From positions 576,001-640,000 of the forward strand of contig JAHPZH010000002.1 in NCBI GenBank assembly GCA_019058315.1: a DNA stretch of 64,000 nucleotides. The letters run 5' to 3'. Below the pieces are notes generated by a model. It was not told the origin of the DNA. It ran no database searches and saw only the letters and a list, made by a program, of their open reading frames with translations. Positions 20,342 through 30,927 of this stretch are shown here, one piece after another; position 1 is the stretch's first letter; each line of letters opens with the position of its first letter. The stretch is from Candidatus Helarchaeota archaeon (lineage in GTDB: Archaea; Asgardarchaeota; Lokiarchaeia; Helarchaeales; RDOG01). The translations under genes were made by a program, and so were the position numbers.

Positions 20342-21421
20342 TTAAATTTGGGTACAACAAGAGATTTTTATTAAATTATTCAATTTTTCAGATTGAAATT
20401 TTTTATTAATAAACTGTTCTAAAAGCCAAATATTAGTTTTTGCATGATTAGTAAATTTAGATGTTAGAAATTCTGATTTTCCATCATCTGCCATAGCCAT
20501 ATATGGCAATAACTGATCCGAAAGAAAAGTATCACAAGTAGCCTTGCTTTGATATGTATTTATTAAAAAATCTGCACATTTTTGGCCAATAACTTCAGCA
20601 CGAACTCCTCGTTCTCCTACATTATCTGAACCTAAAATAACTCCTGAATTGGTCTTTAACCAAATGGATATTCCAGAACCTGGAGATAATGTATCAACAT
20701 ATTTCGTTTTAATAAAACAAGATTGGTTTAATTTATTCCTTATTTTTCTTTTTACAGCCTTAGCTTGTCTTTCGGCTACATTTTGTTTTTTTAAAAGATA
20801 TGACGCAATAGAAATACCATTAATCTCTTCGATGTCACCTAGTTCAATCAAATGAATTGGTTTTAGTTTTTTTACCGTTTTAATTCTTATTCTGGCTTTA
20901 GCTCCTCCTTTTGGATAAAAACCATCTTTAATTATGTCGATTTCAGCTTTGTAACCCATTTTTTCTAATATTTTTAAGGTGACATTTTGGATGTATAAAA
21001 TTGTAGGAGCCCATTTGCCAAAAGTTGCACCACCATCAATATTTAATTGGATTTCAGATTTACTTTTTATACATGCAATTTGAATTGCTTGTAAAAGAAG
21101 CCCAATGCTACCTGCTGTTGCAATTTTGACATTTAAAGGTCCATTTTTTATTTCATTGGGTTCAAAAAAGATTTCGGTAGTACCTACTTTTGCATCTGAT
21201 AATTTTCCTTGACTTAATTCAGCTAGACTTTTTAATCCTACTAAATGTTGTGTACGTAATCCCGGTTTGGGTCGATTTTTTCTAATGTTATAAATCCTTA
21301 TAGGCGATTTAGTCAAAACAGAAAATGCTGCAGATAAACGTAATATCGAACCTCCTCCCTCTCCATAGCTACCATCAATCAAATAAAATTTTTTAGAATC
21401 AGAAAAGGAAGAACTCAACAT
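20342..21421 (-). CDS. rtcA: RNA 3'-terminal phosphate cyclase
   Basis: DGSYGEGGG, RPKPGL..QHL, GFYPKGG, LSDQL and catalytic His in TNHAKTN. Confidence 0.95.
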   Translation of the reverse strand: MLSSSFSDSKKFYLIDGSYGEGGGSILRLSAAFSVLTKSPIRIYNIRKNRPKPGLRTQHLVGLKSLAELSQGKLSDAKVGTTEIFFEPNEIKNGPLNVKIATAGSIGLLLQAIQIACIKSKSEIQLNIDGGATFGKWAPTILYIQNVTLKILEKMGYKAEIDIIKDGFYPKGGAKARIRIKTVKKLKPIHLIELGDIEEINGISIASYLLKKQNVAERQAKAVKRKIRNKLNQSCFIKTKYVDTLSPGSGISIWLKTNSGVILGSDNVGERGVRAEVIGQKCADFLINTYQSKATCDTFLSDQLLPYMAMADDGKSEFLTSKFTNHAKTNIWLLEQFINKKFQSEKLNNLIKISCCTQI

Positions 21422-21552
21422 TTATCACATTTTTATAAATTTAAAACCTTATTTAATTAAATTATGTTTTATAAAATTTCATTATAAGCATATTTAATAA
21501 AAAATCCTTTCAAATTTTTAAAATTGGAAAAAAAAAGAGAATTCAATAATTT

Positions 21553-22434
21553 TTAGTGTCTTGACTTCACAACAGCAGTTATGATAATAGCCCCAACAAC
21601 TAATAAAGAAATACCTATTATTATAAATACTCCAGAAGTCCCTAAACCTACGCCTCCACCAATATTAGGTCCCATTGTCAGTAATAATAATTCTATTGGA
21701 ATTCTTCCGTCTTCTCCTATAAGCTTCTGTTCCATCACAAGTATCCAACCACTTGTTATAACCAAATACTGTCGAGAAAGGATTAGTACTCCTTTGCTGT
21801 TATAACTGTAAGTAATCCTCGAACTCCCAGGAGTACTAGCATTTCCTACCGTTATATCCCATGTTCCAGAAATACTTGGGGGTGTTGGAGCCGTATAGCT
21901 AAAAGTAAAACCAAAGGATACTAAGACTGCCATTGCTGAATAAGTTAAATTAACAATAGTATGATTAGCTGTTGTATAATTTTGAGGGATAATATTTAAA
22001 CCCCAAGAATAATATTGCCCTGTATAATTATACATACCACCTACATTATAAGCTGTAATTGGGGTTGTTGAGTTATATGCAGCAATTAATGATTCACTAT
22101 AACTTGTCCAACTTTGTGATGTACTATTATAATAACGCCCTGTAGCCCATATCATATCTGCTATCCAACCAGACGTTAGATTACAAGTACCACTATCAAT
22201 AGAATTGTTCATTGTAGTAATAGTTGTTTCTATTTTATCACCAGAGGAAACCAAAGTTCTAATTGCCATAGTCCATGTATCATTTACAGCAATTGTAAAC
22301 CCATCAGAACCTTCTGTTAAGTTAGGTCCAATCGCTTGTATACGTTGAACTGGAAAACACAATAATAAAGAAGTGATTAACATAGTTAATAAGGGCAAAG
22401 ATATTACTATTCTTTTCATTTTAGTTTGTCCCAC
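21553..22434 (-). CDS. Secreted/surface protein with signal peptide and C-terminal TM anchor
   Basis: Hydrophobic N-terminus, Thr/Ser/Asn-rich body with N-x-S/T sequons, Gly-rich linker, TM and basic tail. Confidence 0.75.
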   Translation of the reverse strand: MGQTKMKRIVISLPLLTMLITSLLLCFPVQRIQAIGPNLTEGSDGFTIAVNDTWTMAIRTLVSSGDKIETTITTMNNSIDSGTCNLTSGWIADMIWATGRYYNSTSQSWTSYSESLIAAYNSTTPITAYNVGGMYNYTGQYYSWGLNIIPQNYTTANHTIVNLTYSAMAVLVSFGFTFSYTAPTPPSISGTWDITVGNASTPGSSRITYSYNSKGVLILSRQYLVITSGWILVMEQKLIGEDGRIPIELLLLTMGPNIGGGVGLGTSGVFIIIGISLLVVGAIIITAVVKSRH

Positions 22435-22690
22435 CGTTTGCTTTAATTTTAAGTGATTTAAAAATGGATTATAAAATATCTCTTTTTAATTTATTAAAAT
22501 ATTTTCTAACAAAAATAAGAAGTTTTATTTAATTTTATTTTTTATATTTTTTTTTCAATAAAATAAATGAGATATAACCAAATTTAAATTAGAATCAAAA
22601 ATTAATTTATAAAAAATCTTTAAAGAAATTTAAGATGTTTACATTACTATTAGAATTTTCTATTCATTTGAAAAACTTGAATTTTTGACT

Positions 22691-23185
22691 TTAAAATGCA
22701 ATTAATCCTAAAACTATAAACAAAATTCCGAAGAAAATCAAAGCAACTCCCATAATAGATAACCGAATTTGTTTAGTCGTTTCGATTAACTCTGCTTCAA
22801 CTACATCACTTGCTAATCTTTTATAAAAATGTGGTACTAATATTTCTGCACTTATTATACAGACGATACTTATCCACCATGTAAAATTAGGAATTCCATC
22901 AATTGATGTAAAAGAAAACATTAAAGATATTAAATTAAGGTTACGAGAATAAAACATTAATAAACCAGATCCAAAAAATAGTCCTAAAAAAGTAGCTAAT
23001 GCTAATAATAATGTTTGAACTATCTTATTTTCAAAAACATCACGAATACCATATCGTGAGAACCCTCTCATTGCGATTTCTCGTGTTTCTCTTAATTGTA
23101 TTTTGGCTAATTCTTTTTGTTTCTCTTCTTCAATTTTTTTTTCTATTTTCATAAGATCTTCTTTAGATTTAGACAAAAAAATCAC
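22691..23185 (-). CDS. Hypothetical membrane protein (about 3 TM, charged N-terminal helix)
   Basis: Hydropathy by eye. An AGGTGA SD-like motif suggests TTG 23176 as the start. Confidence 0.75.
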   Translation of the reverse strand: MIFLSKSKEDLMKIEKKIEEEKQKELAKIQLRETREIAMRGFSRYGIRDVFENKIVQTLLLALATFLGLFFGSGLLMFYSRNLNLISLMFSFTSIDGIPNFTWWISIVCIISAEILVPHFYKRLASDVVEAELIETTKQIRLSIMGVALIFFGILFIVLGLIAF

Positions 23186-23269
23186 CTGAATTAATTGAAC
23201 TTATAGTTGATTCTCCTATAAATATATATTTCATAGATTAAAAAATAAAAAAATAAAGGAATGAGGTTG

Positions 23270-26200
23270 TTACTCTTTTTTAGTTTCTTCTTCCTTAGTT
23301 TCTCCTTTTAATCCTGCTATAAATTCTCTCTGATCAGATGGAGAGAGATCTTTTATTTCTTTCAAGAATAAGCGTTTTTCTTCAGAGGTAAGATCTGTTA
23401 TTTTTTCTAAGTCTGCTTTAATTTGTTCTTCAGTAAGTGGGGATAATTCTTTTTCTAGTTCTTCCTTCTTTATGACTTTTGTGATTGGTGGGGGTAATTT
23501 CTTGGGAGAAATAGGTTCTAATTTCACACCAAATATTGATAATTTTACTTCTGCTTCCTCGGTTATCTGTTGCTCCCGTGATTTCATAATTCCAGCGTGT
23601 GTTTTTCGCCTTCTTTTAATTTTCTTATCGGTATCTTCTATCATTCGTAGTGGATATGGAACTCTTAAAATCCTGATTGTATAATAAGTGGAATATGCTC
23701 CAACAACCGCAACTGTACCTATTACACCTAATATCATTGCACCCGTTAAAGGTCCAAAAGGGCCAGCGGAATTAATATTAATGATTAGTGACCTTTGATT
23801 TGTCGTAAGCATTGCCGCAGTATCATAATCATTATAATTACCATAGTCATCATTGGGATCAAAGGAGTTCGAAAAACCTTTCAATCTGGCCTCAAATATA
23901 TACATACCTGGCTCTTTTGGGTCAAAAAATGAGTCCCATGTGTCTAATGATGTAATATACAATCCATTTCCCATGTCTACCATAAAACCTAAAACCGGAA
24001 TCAAGGGATTAATTCCAGGACCCTTTATCTCATATTCAATATTTGCTCCTCTCAAATTTTTAGGAGAATTTCCAGTGGCTGTAGGATCAGTAACTTTTAA
24101 AACGATAAATAACAGTTCTCCTTGCGTTGCAACAGGATACATTGCTTCTTCCATAACAACAGGTATTGGTAAAACTTTTATATTAAAAAATCTCTCTGCA
24201 GGACTAATTTTATATTGTTGGTAATTAGTTTCTGAAGTAACTACTTTTTTAGCCGAGAGTGTTACTCGATATTCCGTGTTTATTTTTAGACCTGTAGTAT
24301 CTATAGTAAAATTATAAATACCATCATTATTATCTGCTAAATTATCCTCCCAATATATACCAGGTAAAGCGGGTATTGCACCTTCTGTTATGTTGATCCA
24401 CGCATATGCATCATTAATTGGCCCTCCATTTCGTGTACAAGTATCATTGTAAAAAAAACTCATTGTAAATATTCGATTTTTAGGAATCAAGTAAGGGCTG
24501 GCTTTATATCCAGATGCATCTAATGTTAAATTCTCATAAATAGCCAAAATATCTCCCAAGTCTTCGGTCTTTTCCATTACACCACCAATATCTACTCCGT
24601 CTAATGAAGTTGGTCGGGAATTCAAGAAGAATGTAATTTCCTTCTGTGGTATAATTGGAGGTGTCCCATCATCATCAATAGTATAATTCTGTAAATCTCC
24701 TATGATTTTAAATTTAAATTCTTTTCCAGGAGCTTCTTCTTGGGCTTCTAAAGAATATGTGGAATATGCTGCAACATATTTTCCATTGATCTCAGGTATA
24801 TTTATACTTGCATTGATTGGAGTTAATGGACTAGCCATATCTATTAAATCGAACTCAAGATCAAACCCTTCTACTTCCCACGATCCATCAGGGTGGTCAG
24901 CAGTGACTGTCCCATTATTTAAAGCATCCCATGCTGTTAAATTTAACGTTAGAATATCATTCCAATAATATTTAAGATCAGTCGTATCATGGATTAAATG
25001 GTTATTCCTTTGAATGAGAACTACAGGATTATCATTAACATCTATATCTAGTGTTTTAACTACTTTACCAAATTTATATGGAGGGTTTGCTCCGCCTATC
25101 ATAGTTTCATTGTACCAGACTTTATCTAATTTCTGACATGTTATATACAATGTATATTGGCGAGCGAGTGCTTTGTGGACTGTAAAATTTTGATAGTACC
25201 ATCCCCATGTAAGATTATTGTTTATATCCCAAGGAATTAAATTACCTGTGTAATATCCATCAGTCGTGTTAATCTCTGGCACCAAACTATAGTGACCACC
25301 AGTATCACCTGTCCATCTGTATGGAATAGCTTCTATCCAGTCTTTGTTCCAAGCAGTTCCCTCTGCTTCTGATCTAATAGATACATCTCCAGCATTTACT
25401 CGTTTAAGATTTTCTCTTAAATATGAGACATTACCTTCTCGCAAAGCAATACTATCGTTATAATACGTAGAATTAACAAATCCAACGTGTGAATTTAATC
25501 CAGAAAATGGTCTACTAATATCATCTTCTAAACCATAGTATCGGACATATATTGTTATGTTATCATTATCCCAATCATACCAATATACATCGATATCGGT
25601 TTGTTGTATTGGATCTTCAGCCCATGTAACGTCAGAACTTACAACAAATTTATATTCTGCTTCTTCTACCGAAAATTTAACCCATTTGAGCTTCTCATAT
25701 GGAGTACCAACCATTCTTTCGTCACTGGTTGTACTTTCATTCATGAGATATACTTGTTCGAATTCCCAATCTAATGAATCATTCCTAGCAATAGTAACAG
25801 AGAAGTTTAAATAGTAATACTGCTCCCACCAATTAGAAGATCCTTCATCAGTAGCTTCACAAGCGGAATCTATATCAATAACAGCATCAAAAGTACCTGG
25901 TACTTTTTGAGATAACAGACCACTAGTTTCATTTTGTGCCCAAAGAGTTCTAATTAAATTTTTTATAGTGGCATTTCCAAGTACAAGAGACCAATTAACT
26001 GTAACTAACCCATAATATTCGCTGCCAAAGCTATTATTATCTATGAGTTTATTATGAGATTCATCGTATATATACACTAATAGATTAAGAGGATCTCCTT
26101 GATCATATTCATCAATAACAGGTAAAGGATTAGGAAATGTCGGTTCTATTCTAATATCCACCATAACGAAAAAACTACCATTTATTTTTCTAGAGTCAAG

Positions 26201-29062
26201 TTCACCGTCTATTTCTGTAGATTCGCTAAATAATTCAATAGTAAAATTATGAGAACCTGTATAACACCAGCCAAAGTAATCTGAAAAACCAATCTTATAA
26301 TAAAAATTACTCCCATCTCTTGACATTTCAAATTCATTTGTAGTATATGGTGGTTTATCGTCATATGTAGGATAATCTGCGTCGATTGTAATATTCGCTG
26401 TTTCATAATAATTAACAGGTGTACCCCAATGATCATCAGTCCAAGTGATATTTATATACAAAGGGTCTCCGTCCAATGTTATATTTGCAGGTTTATTAAG
26501 ATCTGAGCCATTACCAACCAAACCAGAGTCTACTTGGCTAAACATTACTTCCGTAGTAGTAGTTCTTCTTCGTACATCCATAACTATAGTAACATGTCCA
26601 ACTTCAGTAATTTGCCCAGGTGTGAGGGAATTATTCCACCATAGTACATAAATCCATTTTCCTGGTATTGAATCAAGAGGAATTACCCAAGGTGTAGAAT
26701 ATGTCACTGAAGTTCCAACATCAAATTTTTGATTATGCTCAATACCAAAATTTCCTGTAAAATCTGGTCCCGTCCTCGAAGCATTCATTATTGTCATATT
26801 CAAATATCCGTTATCATCAAATGCCTTTACTCGCAACCTTGTGTTGTTAGTAGGATAAACGATTGAACGATTGGTCCAGCCACCAGTATCCTCTTGAATG
26901 CGGATACTTGAAATTGTATCATTCAATTTATTGGGTGAAGATGCAGTAAATGTATAAAGTGTATTTGAAGTTGACCCAGTAACCCTCAAAGTACCAACAG
27001 CTGGTCTCGATGCAGTTTCTGTAGCATTTGTTATTGGATTGATATTGGTATAAGCGGCACCCCAATCATTAGGAACTCCAGTTATATCCATTTGTTCCGA
27101 ACTAGTTCTATTTTCCATTCTTTTTTGAGATGAATTCCATGTTAAATACCAATCATTTGTTGCATTTACTGCACATGAGAAGCTTGTAGTTGCAAGGGTA
27201 GTATTTGATTCCGCCATATATATATCACCATACCCGATAATTATATTTGTACTTCCTCTGCAGTAAGGATCGGTAATAACCCATTGGAATGAAGGTGTTG
27301 TACCACCATTATATGTTCCCGTCCAAGACCATGCTGCTCCCGAGTCAAAAGTTCCAGTACCAAAACCTGTATTCGTTACTGCAATATCACCTTGAACTGT
27401 TTCACGTAGATATAGCCCAACCTCATCTGGTCGGACAGAGGCAGTAAAATCAAACTTAAGATTATCAAAATCGAAGTTTAAATTTGAGTCAGTAAGCGGT
27501 CCCCAGTTATCTGTCCAGCGAATTGTTAATCTGAAGTAAAAGGAAGAAACAGCTCCAAATGTACCCAGGGGTATCTCAAGAGGTATTATAGCATCCGTAA
27601 TTGCATGCCAAGCATTATCTTTGACGAATAGACCATCATCATCTAATGAGTGAGTCCAAACATCTGCACCAGATGGACTAGAAGCTGTTGAAGACATATA
27701 AAGAACAGCCTCTGCATGATCACAAGCTGCAGTATTGCCCGTAGTATCATCCCAAAGAGCTGGTAATCTATAAGAAAATGTAAAGTTCCCATCTATTGTA
27801 TTTTTAAGATATTGATAAGTATCACTTTGAAATCCCGCTTCGCTGCCAGAAGAGAATTGACGTGCTTGGTTATAATTGATGGTTAAATAAACATAATCGA
27901 TATTACAGTCAATGTCTTGGTCATCATTTGAATTATCTGCATATAAATATGCATAGAATCGGAATTGAATCCTAAGATTAGTATTGTAGGTTGTTGATTG
28001 TAGAAGTGATGTTACATCCCAATTCTCAATATTATAACTTGATGTATCACCTTCAGTCCATACTTCATGGGATGAATAAGAAGAACCGCCATTGGTACTT
28101 AAATATACGTACAAATTAGCATCATTAGTACTAGCTGTATAACGAACTTCGCTGTTTACGATCGAACGTACACTTAAAGTTGCCCCTGTTATCTCATATC
28201 CTCCACCTAGACCTGTATTATAACCATGTTGAAAATTAGGTGATGTTATATAGAAATAATGAGTGTCACTATCTGCATGTTGAACAGTATCGTAATTACA
28301 CCAGATATCATGGTTCTCTAGAGTTGTATATCCATCTTCTTCAAGTTCAAACCAATAAGTGGATTCACCACCATACGTTGAATAGCCATAACTGCGAGAA
28401 CCTGTACTATGGTCACCAGTATCACTTGTACTCGATTCTGTAAAAGTCCAGTCGTCCGTTTGATCCATATCTGCATCGAATCCATCATCATCATCTAAAG
28501 TAACTGATCCAGAATCTTTTATTCCATCCATAGCTATTCTGACACTCCCTGATGTCCAAGTTTCACTCATTCTACTTAGATCAGCTGCTGGTCCTGATTC
28601 ATAAGCAGTCCAATTCTCAGTATCACTAGTAAACGGGTTGTTAAATGCATTTGGATGGTCTTCTATAAGAGAAATTACAGTTCCAAAAACCTTATTAGCA
28701 TCTTGTGAGGGAGTACCCCCATCTATAGGAATAGCGACAGGATTATTGTATCGTAAATTTGATGCGCTTGTAGCATATTCAATGACCTCATTAAATGTTT
28801 CAGTAACAGTATAAGTATCTCCAATACCTGTATAAGCAGGTGGGCCATATTCTTCGGAAAGTGTAACTAAATTAAGTTCATTATCATTAATAGGATTGGT
28901 TATCGTACCTGGATTATTATATTTGTAAAATGAACTATTTGGAAAAATTGGTAGATTATCATTAGCAAAAAGATAGGATGGTAAAAATGTAGCAAAAGAA
29001 AATACCAAAGTCATTGTTATTAAAGTTGATGTTAAAATTTTTCTTTTTGTAAAAATTTTCAT
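23270..29062 (-). CDS. Giant (1930 aa) single-pass surface glycoprotein with jelly-roll/Ig-like domains and a ~135-aa cytoplasmic tail
   Basis: Signal peptide, beta-rich body with many sequons, TM (AMILGVIGTVAVVGAY) and a charged tail. Confidence 0.85.
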   Translation of the reverse strand: MKIFTKRKILTSTLITMTLVFSFATFLPSYLFANDNLPIFPNSSFYKYNNPGTITNPINDNELNLVTLSEEYGPPAYTGIGDTYTVTETFNEVIEYATSASNLRYNNPVAIPIDGGTPSQDANKVFGTVISLIEDHPNAFNNPFTSDTENWTAYESGPAADLSRMSETWTSGSVRIAMDGIKDSGSVTLDDDDGFDADMDQTDDWTFTESSTSDTGDHSTGSRSYGYSTYGGESTYWFELEEDGYTTLENHDIWCNYDTVQHADSDTHYFYITSPNFQHGYNTGLGGGYEITGATLSVRSIVNSEVRYTASTNDANLYVYLSTNGGSSYSSHEVWTEGDTSSYNIENWDVTSLLQSTTYNTNLRIQFRFYAYLYADNSNDDQDIDCNIDYVYLTINYNQARQFSSGSEAGFQSDTYQYLKNTIDGNFTFSYRLPALWDDTTGNTAACDHAEAVLYMSSTASSPSGADVWTHSLDDDGLFVKDNAWHAITDAIIPLEIPLGTFGAVSSFYFRLTIRWTDNWGPLTDSNLNFDFDNLKFDFTASVRPDEVGLYLRETVQGDIAVTNTGFGTGTFDSGAAWSWTGTYNGGTTPSFQWVITDPYCRGSTNIIIGYGDIYMAESNTTLATTSFSCAVNATNDWYLTWNSSQKRMENRTSSEQMDITGVPNDWGAAYTNINPITNATETASRPAVGTLRVTGSTSNTLYTFTASSPNKLNDTISSIRIQEDTGGWTNRSIVYPTNNTRLRVKAFDDNGYLNMTIMNASRTGPDFTGNFGIEHNQKFDVGTSVTYSTPWVIPLDSIPGKWIYVLWWNNSLTPGQITEVGHVTIVMDVRRRTTTTEVMFSQVDSGLVGNGSDLNKPANITLDGDPLYINITWTDDHWGTPVNYYETANITIDADYPTYDDKPPYTTNEFEMSRDGSNFYYKIGFSDYFGWCYTGSHNFTIELFSESTEIDGELDSRKINGSFFVMVDIRIEPTFPNPLPVIDEYDQGDPLNLLVYIYDESHNKLIDNNSFGSEYYGLVTVNWSLVLGNATIKNLIRTLWAQNETSGLLSQKVPGTFDAVIDIDSACEATDEGSSNWWEQYYYLNFSVTIARNDSLDWEFEQVYLMNESTTSDERMVGTPYEKLKWVKFSVEEAEYKFVVSSDVTWAEDPIQQTDIDVYWYDWDNDNITIYVRYYGLEDDISRPFSGLNSHVGFVNSTYYNDSIALREGNVSYLRENLKRVNAGDVSIRSEAEGTAWNKDWIEAIPYRWTGDTGGHYSLVPEINTTDGYYTGNLIPWDINNNLTWGWYYQNFTVHKALARQYTLYITCQKLDKVWYNETMIGGANPPYKFGKVVKTLDIDVNDNPVVLIQRNNHLIHDTTDLKYYWNDILTLNLTAWDALNNGTVTADHPDGSWEVEGFDLEFDLIDMASPLTPINASINIPEINGKYVAAYSTYSLEAQEEAPGKEFKFKIIGDLQNYTIDDDGTPPIIPQKEITFFLNSRPTSLDGVDIGGVMEKTEDLGDILAIYENLTLDASGYKASPYLIPKNRIFTMSFFYNDTCTRNGGPINDAYAWINITEGAIPALPGIYWEDNLADNNDGIYNFTIDTTGLKINTEYRVTLSAKKVVTSETNYQQYKISPAERFFNIKVLPIPVVMEEAMYPVATQGELLFIVLKVTDPTATGNSPKNLRGANIEYEIKGPGINPLIPVLGFMVDMGNGLYITSLDTWDSFFDPKEPGMYIFEARLKGFSNSFDPNDDYGNYNDYDTAAMLTTNQRSLIININSAGPFGPLTGAMILGVIGTVAVVGAYSTYYTIRILRVPYPLRMIEDTDKKIKRRRKTHAGIMKSREQQITEEAEVKLSIFGVKLEPISPKKLPPPITKVIKKEELEKELSPLTEEQIKADLEKITDLTSEEKRLFLKEIKDLSPSDQREFIAGLKGETKEEETKKE

Positions 29063-29260
29063 TGATATCCCTTAATTTTTTGTTAATAATACGGTATATC
29101 AACTGAATACCTTAAAATGTTCATTTTTAATATGTATATAAATGTCTTTTGAAAAGTTCAAAAAATGCCTATTGAAAGAATAGAGCAAAAAAATAGTTAA
29201 TATGGCTAGAATTTCTTGATTTCTATTATCCAATTTTAATTTAAACAATTAATTTCATGT

Positions 29261-30778
29261 CTATATCCTTTTTCTTGAGAACTCTGCTTTTTTTTCCCTA
29301 TATTTTGCTTCGTCTTTATGTATTTCCAATTTATATAAAAATAGTAAATTGAATACTATTATGGTAGCAATAGAACCAATAATGAAAGTTTTTTTATAAA
29401 ATAATAGCGGATCTTCTTCGTTCCATATAAAAATATTTGTAAATGATGAATAATAATTAGAATGATTGTAGATCCTACATAAAACTATTAGAGGAATAAA
29501 TTGTTCAATTGCATATTTTCTAGAGTCATTTACACCAAATATTAGATTAAATCTTCTACAAAAATAATTATCAATTTTCATATTTTTTATGATGTGACTA
29601 ACCGAATTTAATATATAATTGCTATATGAGCTTAAATTAAAGTTTTCTGGTATCTCCAGAATAGATTTAAGAAAAATAGAAATATCGGAAGGTCTAACTA
29701 TAAAATATTGTCCAACGCCATTTCTAGAAGTGTTTCCTACAAATTGTTTGTAATTACTATTCCATAAGTATCTAATAATAAAATCTAAAGTGGGAACAAG
29801 GTAATCATCAATTAAACTAAAATTATTAAGAATAGTCACTGCTTTTGTAATTGCAGATATCCCACCCCCTTGGTGAGTTAGATATTTTGTATAACCTTTA
29901 GGTACTGGAATACTACCGTTCTTTAGACTATAGTGGTAAAAACCTCCATATAAATCATCATACAAATAGGTTAATAAAAAATTTAAACTTTTATTAGCAT
30001 ACTGTGCATAGGTAATATTACCAGTTGTCTTATAAGCTTCGAGTAAAGCAATTATTGGCCATTGTTGATACCATGATTCCTTTTCAGTATCAATTTGACC
30101 ATTGTAATAATATGTTCTATAAAAACTATTATTATCAGCATCCCATAAAGTAGTTATTAGAAAATTTAACATAGGAATAGCATAATTATTTAAATATGAA
30201 GCGTTATTTGTCAAATTGTAAGCATCTAATAGTGCTAATATTGTATATGCTTGATAAAAAGATATTTGTTCTGTTGAAGAATTAAAATCGCTAATTTTTA
30301 GAGTTGAAGGAAGTGAACCATTCTCGAAACACCAATGATAAACTCCATAATTTGATTTATTGAAAAGGTGTGTTAAAATATATTCTAAATTAGGGATAGA
30401 GTAATTATAATAATAGCTAAAATTATTAGTCAATTGAGAAATTTCTAACATTGTGAAATAGCTCCAAGCACAGTATGAAGTGTGAAATCTTCTTCCCTCT
30501 TCTTCAAACGAACCATCCTCGTTCTGAAAAGTAAAAAATGCCTCCTCTGCGGTTGACCATAAATTCTCCAATGTAAAATTTAAATTTTCAAATATAGAAG
30601 AATTCACCACAGTAGAATCCAAATTTTTAGCTATGGGTTTCTGGCCGGTATCGATAAAAATATGGGATTTTAAAGGGATTGATAGGGAATATATTAATAT
30701 AAATAAGTTAATAAACAGAATTAGGTTTAATCCTATTCCGATAATTATTTTTTTCTTTTTATTTTTCATTAAAACCAA
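29261..30778 (-). CDS. Membrane-anchored six-hairpin (alpha/alpha)6 glycosidase/AGE-epimerase-like protein
   Basis: Recurrent L-x-F-L-x3-L-W/Y-D-x3-G/S-F-Y units; N-terminal and C-terminal TM segments. Confidence 0.7.
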   Translation of the reverse strand: MVLMKNKKKKIIIGIGLNLILFINLFILIYSLSIPLKSHIFIDTGQKPIAKNLDSTVVNSSIFENLNFTLENLWSTAEEAFFTFQNEDGSFEEEGRRFHTSYCAWSYFTMLEISQLTNNFSYYYNYSIPNLEYILTHLFNKSNYGVYHWCFENGSLPSTLKISDFNSSTEQISFYQAYTILALLDAYNLTNNASYLNNYAIPMLNFLITTLWDADNNSFYRTYYYNGQIDTEKESWYQQWPIIALLEAYKTTGNITYAQYANKSLNFLLTYLYDDLYGGFYHYSLKNGSIPVPKGYTKYLTHQGGGISAITKAVTILNNFSLIDDYLVPTLDFIIRYLWNSNYKQFVGNTSRNGVGQYFIVRPSDISIFLKSILEIPENFNLSSYSNYILNSVSHIIKNMKIDNYFCRRFNLIFGVNDSRKYAIEQFIPLIVLCRIYNHSNYYSSFTNIFIWNEEDPLLFYKKTFIIGSIATIIVFNLLFLYKLEIHKDEAKYREKKAEFSRKRI

Positions 30779-30927
30779 TTTATTTTATAATTCTGAATTT
30801 ATAAATATCTTATTTTCAAAGCTAAAATTAATGTATTTTTAAGAAGATCTGGATATAGCAATTTTATTTAAAGTATCGAATTTAAGTTCAAATATTAAAA
30901 TGATAATAGGAATTTGGAGCTTCATAA

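Noticed and set aside
29093-29111. GGTAT...ATACC inverted repeat upstream of the 1930-aa gene
   Set aside because: Only 5-bp perfect arms; expected by chance.
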